Below are positions 58,695 to 64,000 of a stretch of 64,000 nt of DNA, in pieces. Below the pieces are notes generated by a model. The model did not search any database. It had not been told where the DNA came from and was given only the letters and a program-made list of their open reading frames with translations. The translations under genes were made by a program, and so were the position numbers. The DNA comes from Torpedo marmorata (lineage: Eukaryota): positions 14,260,001-14,324,000 of the forward strand of contig OZ360230.1 in NCBI GenBank assembly GCA_977017645.1, in the 5' to 3' direction. Position 1 is the stretch's first letter; each line of letters opens with the position of its first letter.

Positions 58695-60277
58695 CAGACT
58701 CGCTTCCACAGCCACGTGTCTTTCCTGGCTACTTGCCTCCGCCGCCATCTGGTGCAACGTGGATTCCAGCTCCGGTTCCAAGCCTTCCAGTTTGGCCCCC
58801 ACCGGGATCTCAGGTACCTGCGCTGCATTGACTCCTGCTCTCTTCACTTCTCCCGCCGTATCCTGCGGACTACCCTCAGCTTGATGCGCAGGTACCAGCG
58901 GACCCTCGTTCTCTCACTACCACAGCTCCGTACCTCACTCGCCATGATCGGCCACGGACCTCTCCTACATTTCATCCTCCGCCGGATCCACGCATTCAAC
59001 CGCCGAATCTACGCACACCTGGCATCCATCAAGGATTGGAAGCTCGCGTCCCTGGAGACTGCCGCCTCGGGGACCCCCCACCTGGGTCTCCACTTTGGCC
59101 CTGGCGGTTTACAGGACCGAGCTCCTGACGTGGGTCTCTACCTTAGCCCCGGTGACCTACAGGACGGAGCTGCTGACACGGGTCTCCACATTGGCCTCGG
59201 TGACCTACAGGATCAAGCCCCCGACATGAACTTTCACCCTGAACCCGCCGGCCCACAGGACCGAGCTTCACACGCGGGTCTCCGTTTCGGCCCCGGCGAC
59301 CTACAGGATTGAGCCTCCGACATGAACTTTCACCCTGAACTCGGTGACCTACAGAACCGAGCTTCAGACGCAGGTTTCCACCTTGGCCCCTGCGACCTAC
59401 AGGACCGAGCCTCCGTCGCGAACTCCCACCCTGGCTCCGGGAGCGCACAGGCCTTTCTCTCTCCATCCTCTGACTTTCCTAACCCTTCCCATCCTCCCTT
59501 GGACCCGTCCTACCTTCCACCTCCTGATCCACCCCATCCTCCTCTCCTCCCTGACCACCCTCCACCTCATTGAACCTCCCCCTAACCCCTGCCTGGTTTT
59601 CACCATCCCCTCCGACCTTCCCACTCGGAGACTGAACACTCTGTCCTCACTGGAGGCCTCATCTTCATCCCCCTTCGCCCACACCTTAACGAGTTCCGCG
59701 CATGCCATGATGTTGAACTCTTCTTCTCCATGCTTACTTCCACAACCACGATTCTCCACCCCCCACTACAGATCCCTTCTCCCGCTTTAAAACGTCTTCC
59801 TCCTCCTGGACACCTCGTTCCGGTCTTCTACCTGCTCTGGACCTTTATATTTCCAACTGCCGCCGTATCAACTTCACTACTCCCCTCACTCATTCCAATC
59901 TCACCCCCTCGGAATGCCTGGCCCTCCACTCTCTCCGCACCAATCCAAACCTCACCATCAAACCTGCAGACAAGGGTGGCACTGTTGTGGTCTGGCGCAC
60001 TGACCTCTATCTGACCGAAGCCAGACGACAACTCTCAGATACCTCCTCTTACTTACCCCTCCAACAGGACCCCACCAAAACTTATCAAACCACTATATCA
60101 CGCACCATCTCTGATCTCATCACTTCTGGTCACATCCCTGGCACGGCCTCCAACCTTGTTTCCCAACCCCGTACCGCCCGTTTCTACCTCCTACCCAAAA
60201 TCCACAAACCCAATTGTTCCGGCAGACCCATCGTGTCCGCGTGCTCCTGCCCCACCGAATTGGTCTCCGCTTATCTT
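58695..60277 (+). mobile_element. Penelope-like element, 5' ORF part (resumes at 62472-62730)
   Basis: FLATCLRRHLV.RGFQL, IKPADKGG.VVVW, RFYLLPKIHKPNCSGRPIVS. Confidence 0.88.
59060..59430 (+). repeat. 48-bp coding tandem repeat (about 7 copies) in the PLE ORF
   Basis: 16-aa unit such as GDLQDRAPDVGLHLGP. Confidence 0.85.
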
Positions 60278-62471
60278 TTTTAAAAATATTTTATTTGTAT
60301 TTTTTTTAAAAAGCCAAACATATTATCAATAACAAAAATAATACATCATCAAATATAATATTCTTCTGTTGACTATTATACTAAAAAACAACAACAAAAT
60401 TACAAACAGAGAAAAACCCACCCACCCAATTCCCCCCTAAAAGAAAGAAAGGAGAAGAATAGAATGAGAAAAGGTTGAAGTAGAAAAGGAAAGAAGACAT
60501 TGGAGGTTCGTCGTCCACCCCGCAGGCTTAAATTACTTGGCATACTCGGATTTTTAAAGAGGAAATGGACATAGGTCTTGGAGGAGTGGAGGGGCCTAGC
60601 TATAGATTTACAGCCATATATTGTAAATATGGAGTCCAAATGTTTAAAAATATATCATATCTATTTCTAAGATTATAGGTAATCTTCTCAAGGGGAACAC
60701 AGCTGTACATTTCCTCATTCCATCTTGTCATACCTAGATGGGAATCAGACTTCCATGTGACCTCTATACATTTCCTGGCCACCGCCAATGCGATCTCTAC
60801 AAATTTTATTTGGAATTTTGACAGCCTCATCTTAGGTCTTACGCCAGAGATATTGCCCAATAGAAATAATTCTGGGAGTTGTGGGAACTGAATTTCTGTA
60901 ATTTGTTCTAAGAGTTTCCCTAAATCCGTCAGGAAAGGTTTTACCTTGGGGCATGACCAGGTTAAATGAAAAAACGTTCCTATTTCTTTGCTGCATCTAA
61001 AACATTTATCTGATATTTCTGATTTAAAGTTATTCAATTTTTGCAGCGTGAGATATAACTGGTGCAAAAAATTATATTGTACCAGTCTGTATCTCACATT
61101 TATTGTATTTTTCATACTGTCCCGACATAAGGCGGACCAGTTTTGTTCATTAATTATTATATCCAAGTCTGATTCCCATCTCTGTCTAGATCTATGTAGC
61201 CCCTGTTTATGGGTTCCTTTTTGTAGTAAAAGATGGGCTGCTGAAATAAACTTCTTTGTGATCCCCTTTTGAATCAAAGTCTCCACTACACTGCATTTCA
61301 GTAAGGTCATTGATGGGCCCAATTTATCCCTTAAGTAAGATATCAGCTGGAAATAGCAGAAGAGTGTGTTGTTCACAATACCATACTTATTTTTTAATTG
61401 TTCAAATGACATGTTGTCCCTGCACATAGCAATCCTCGACACATCTGATCCCTTCTGGGACCAGTCGTCCAGGATCTTATTATCCATTGTAAAAGGTATA
61501 CACCTATTTTGAGCCAGGGGCGTTTTTGGAGATAACCTCCCCTTATTCCCAATCTGATCATTTATTTTATGCCAGATATCAATTGTGTGTTTCAACAGAG
61601 GGGTTTCTTTCACACCGGATATTAATTTTTTATCCCATTTGTATATAAAGTCTTCTGCTATCCTCTCTCCCAACTTATGCAGTTCCATCTTTACCCAAGA
61701 GGACTTGTCTCCCCTTTCAAAAAAAGGTGACAAATTTCATTTGGGCTGCCCAATAATATTTTTTAAAATCTGGGAGTTGTAAACCACCTAGTAAATATCT
61801 CCATGTTAATTTTTCAGTGGAGACTCTGGCTACCTTACCTCTCCAAATTAACTTCCTGATACATTTATTTAAATCTTGAAAGAACCTTCAGGCAATGGTA
61901 TAGGTAGTGTTTAAAAAAGGTACTGGGCCCGTGGCAATATATTCATTTTTATACAGTTCACCCTACCAATAAGTGTTATTGGCAGTGCCGTCCATCTATT
62001 AAGATCCTCTTCAGCTTTTCTAAGCAAGGGGAGGTAATTTAACTTATACAAATCTTGTAAGTTATTATTTGTTTTGATACCTAAATATTTTATCCCATTT
62101 GCCGGCCACTTAAAATTAGTATTCCTTTGGTATTGAGTGTAATCCCCACCCGTAAGTGGCATAATACCGCTTTTGTCCCAATTTATTTTATAACCCGAAA
62201 TTTTCCCATAATCTTCCAATTTTAAGTGCAATTTTTCTAATGAAACTGCTGGTTCTGTCAGGTATATCAGTACATCACCGCATATAAGTTAATTTTGTGC
62301 TCTTCCTGGCTAATCCTGAATCCCTTAATGTCTGGATCTCGCCGAATAGCTTCCGCTAACGGTTCTATAACCAAAATAAAGAGAGCTGGAGACAGTGGAC
62401 AGCCTTGTCTAGTAGATTTGGATAGTGGGAATGCTGAAGAAATTTGTCCATTGGTCACAACTCTAGCTTGA
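60278..62471 (-). mobile_element. 5'-truncated L1/Tx1 inserted in the PLE (same family as 697-9382)
   Basis: RQGCPLSPALF, GYKINWDKS, PLEKITYNLRN; 16-bp TSD at 60262-60277 and 62472-62487 (2 mismatches). Confidence 0.92.
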
Positions 62472-62732
62472 GGTCTCTGCTTGTCTTGACTCTGTTTTGT
62501 CCCCCCTGGTCCAGTCCATCCCCACCTACATCCGGGACACTTCACACACCATCCATCACTTCAACAACTTCCAGTTCCCTGAACTTAATCGCCTCACGTT
62601 TACCATGGATATCCAATCCCTATGCGCCTCACGTTTACCATGGATATCCAATCCCTATTTCCCATACTGAAGGCCTCAAAGCCCTTCGTTTCTTTCTGGA
62701 CAATAGAACCAACCAGTCCCCCTCCACCATCA

Positions 62733-63790
62733 ATAAATCACAAAAATATGTAGACACCGTGGTTGAAGTAAAAAACACAAATGCTGGAGAAACTCAGGAG
62801 GTGTAGCAAAGGTAGAAATACATAACCGACGTTTCGGGCTTGAGCCCTTCATCAAAGTACGAGAAAATGCCGGCAGGCGTCCGAACAAAAGAGTGAGGGG
62901 GGGAAAGGGGGGTGGCAAAGGCAGGAGATGATAGGTGGAGAAAGTAGGGAGGGGACAGCAGCAAAGAGGGGGAGGAGGGATGGCTGGGTGGATGGAAAAA
63001 AACTGGAAGGACAGGTAAGGGGGGAGGGGAAGGAAAAGGCAAGCAGGGTTAGTGGACAGCAGAAAAGTCAATGTTAATGCCATCGGGTTGGAGAGTGCCC
63101 AGACGGAAAATAAGATGTTGTTCCTCCAATTTGCGGGTGGTCTGGGTGGGATAGCACATAAGGCCATGGACAGACATGTGAGTGTGGGAGTGTGACTCGG
63201 AATTGAAATGGCTGGCTACTGGGAGGTCGCTGTTGTTGCAGACGGAGAGGAGGTGCTCAGTGAAGCGATCTCCCAATCTACGACCGGTCTCTCCACTGCA
63301 GAGAATGCCACAAAGGGAGCACTGGATGCAGTAAATAAGTTCTCTGGATGTACAAGTGAAGTGTTGCTTCACTTGAAAGGCCTGATGGGGCCCCGGACCG
63401 TGGTGACGGGGGAGGTATGGGCGCAAGTGTTGCACCTCCTGCAGGCACAGGGGAAGGTGCCGGGGGTGCGATGGGTGGGGAGGGATTAGTGCACGAGGGA
63501 ATCGCAGAGGGAGCAGTCCCTGCGGAAGGCCGAGAGGGGAGAAGGAAAAATGTGTCTGGTGGTGGGATCCTGTAGTAAGTGCCGGAAATTCCGGCGGATA
63601 ATGTGTTGGATGCGGAGGCTGGTGGGGTGGTAGGTGAGGATGAGGGGGATTCTGTGTTTGTTGCGTCTGGGGGCAGAGGGGACCAGGGCAGATGAGCAGG
63701 AAATGGAGGAGATGCAGGTGAGGGCTGAATTGATGGTGGTGGAGGGGAAGCCACATTTGTGGAAGAAGACAGACATTTCAGAAGATCTGG
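62733..63790 (-). mobile_element. Penelope-like element 3' part (GIY-YIG plus terminal repeat)
   Basis: IYCIQCSLCGILCSGETGRRLGDRF..RKLEEQHLIFRLG; terminus near-identical to 15780-15940. Confidence 0.9.
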
Positions 63791-63791
63791 A

Positions 63792-64000
63792 CTGAAGCAA
63801 CACTTCACTTGTACATCCAGAGAACTTATTTACTGCATCCGGTGCTCCCTTTGTGGCATTCTCTACATCAGAGAGACCGGTCGTAAATTGGGAGATTGCT
63901 TCGCTGAGCACCTCCTCTCCATCCGCAACAACAGCGACCTCCCAGTAGCCAACCATTTCAATTCCGAGTCACACTCACATGTCTGTCCATGGCCTTATGT
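63792..64000 (+). mobile_element. Inverted duplicate of the adjacent PLE GIY-YIG segment
   Basis: Reverse complement of about 63158-63374; runs off the window. Confidence 0.85.

Overview
Repeat-dense vertebrate genomic DNA, most likely from a cartilaginous fish (inferred from an HE1/V-SINE and abundant CR1, L1/Tx1, Rex1 and Penelope-like elements). One host gene can be assembled: a BK-channel beta subunit (KCNMB2-like, + strand) with 4 coding exons at 13425-13468, 17520-17690, 20412-20607 and 26508-26837, giving 246 aa with an N-terminal MFMW inactivation-ball motif. The rest is nested transposable elements, many with readable TSDs. (i) CR1 > L1 > Gmr1-type Gypsy (2884-8882). (ii) Tc1 > twin-primed L1 > [short L1 + second Gmr1 copy] (28035-37766). 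(iii) CR1 > Gypsy (45905-56200) > BEL/Pao (47253-53183). (iv) Penelope > L1. Also present: Chapaev3, two MITEs and several fold-back Penelope insertions carrying hammerhead-like motifs. Most notable: a BEL/Pao element whose pol is replaced in frame by a coiled-coil tail resembling host MIPOL1; two unrelated LTR elements whose primer-binding position is complementary to their own LTR rather than to a tRNA; and a Gmr1 lineage that shares a deletion of the RT core. All calls were made by eye and from recall of protein families; no database searches were run.
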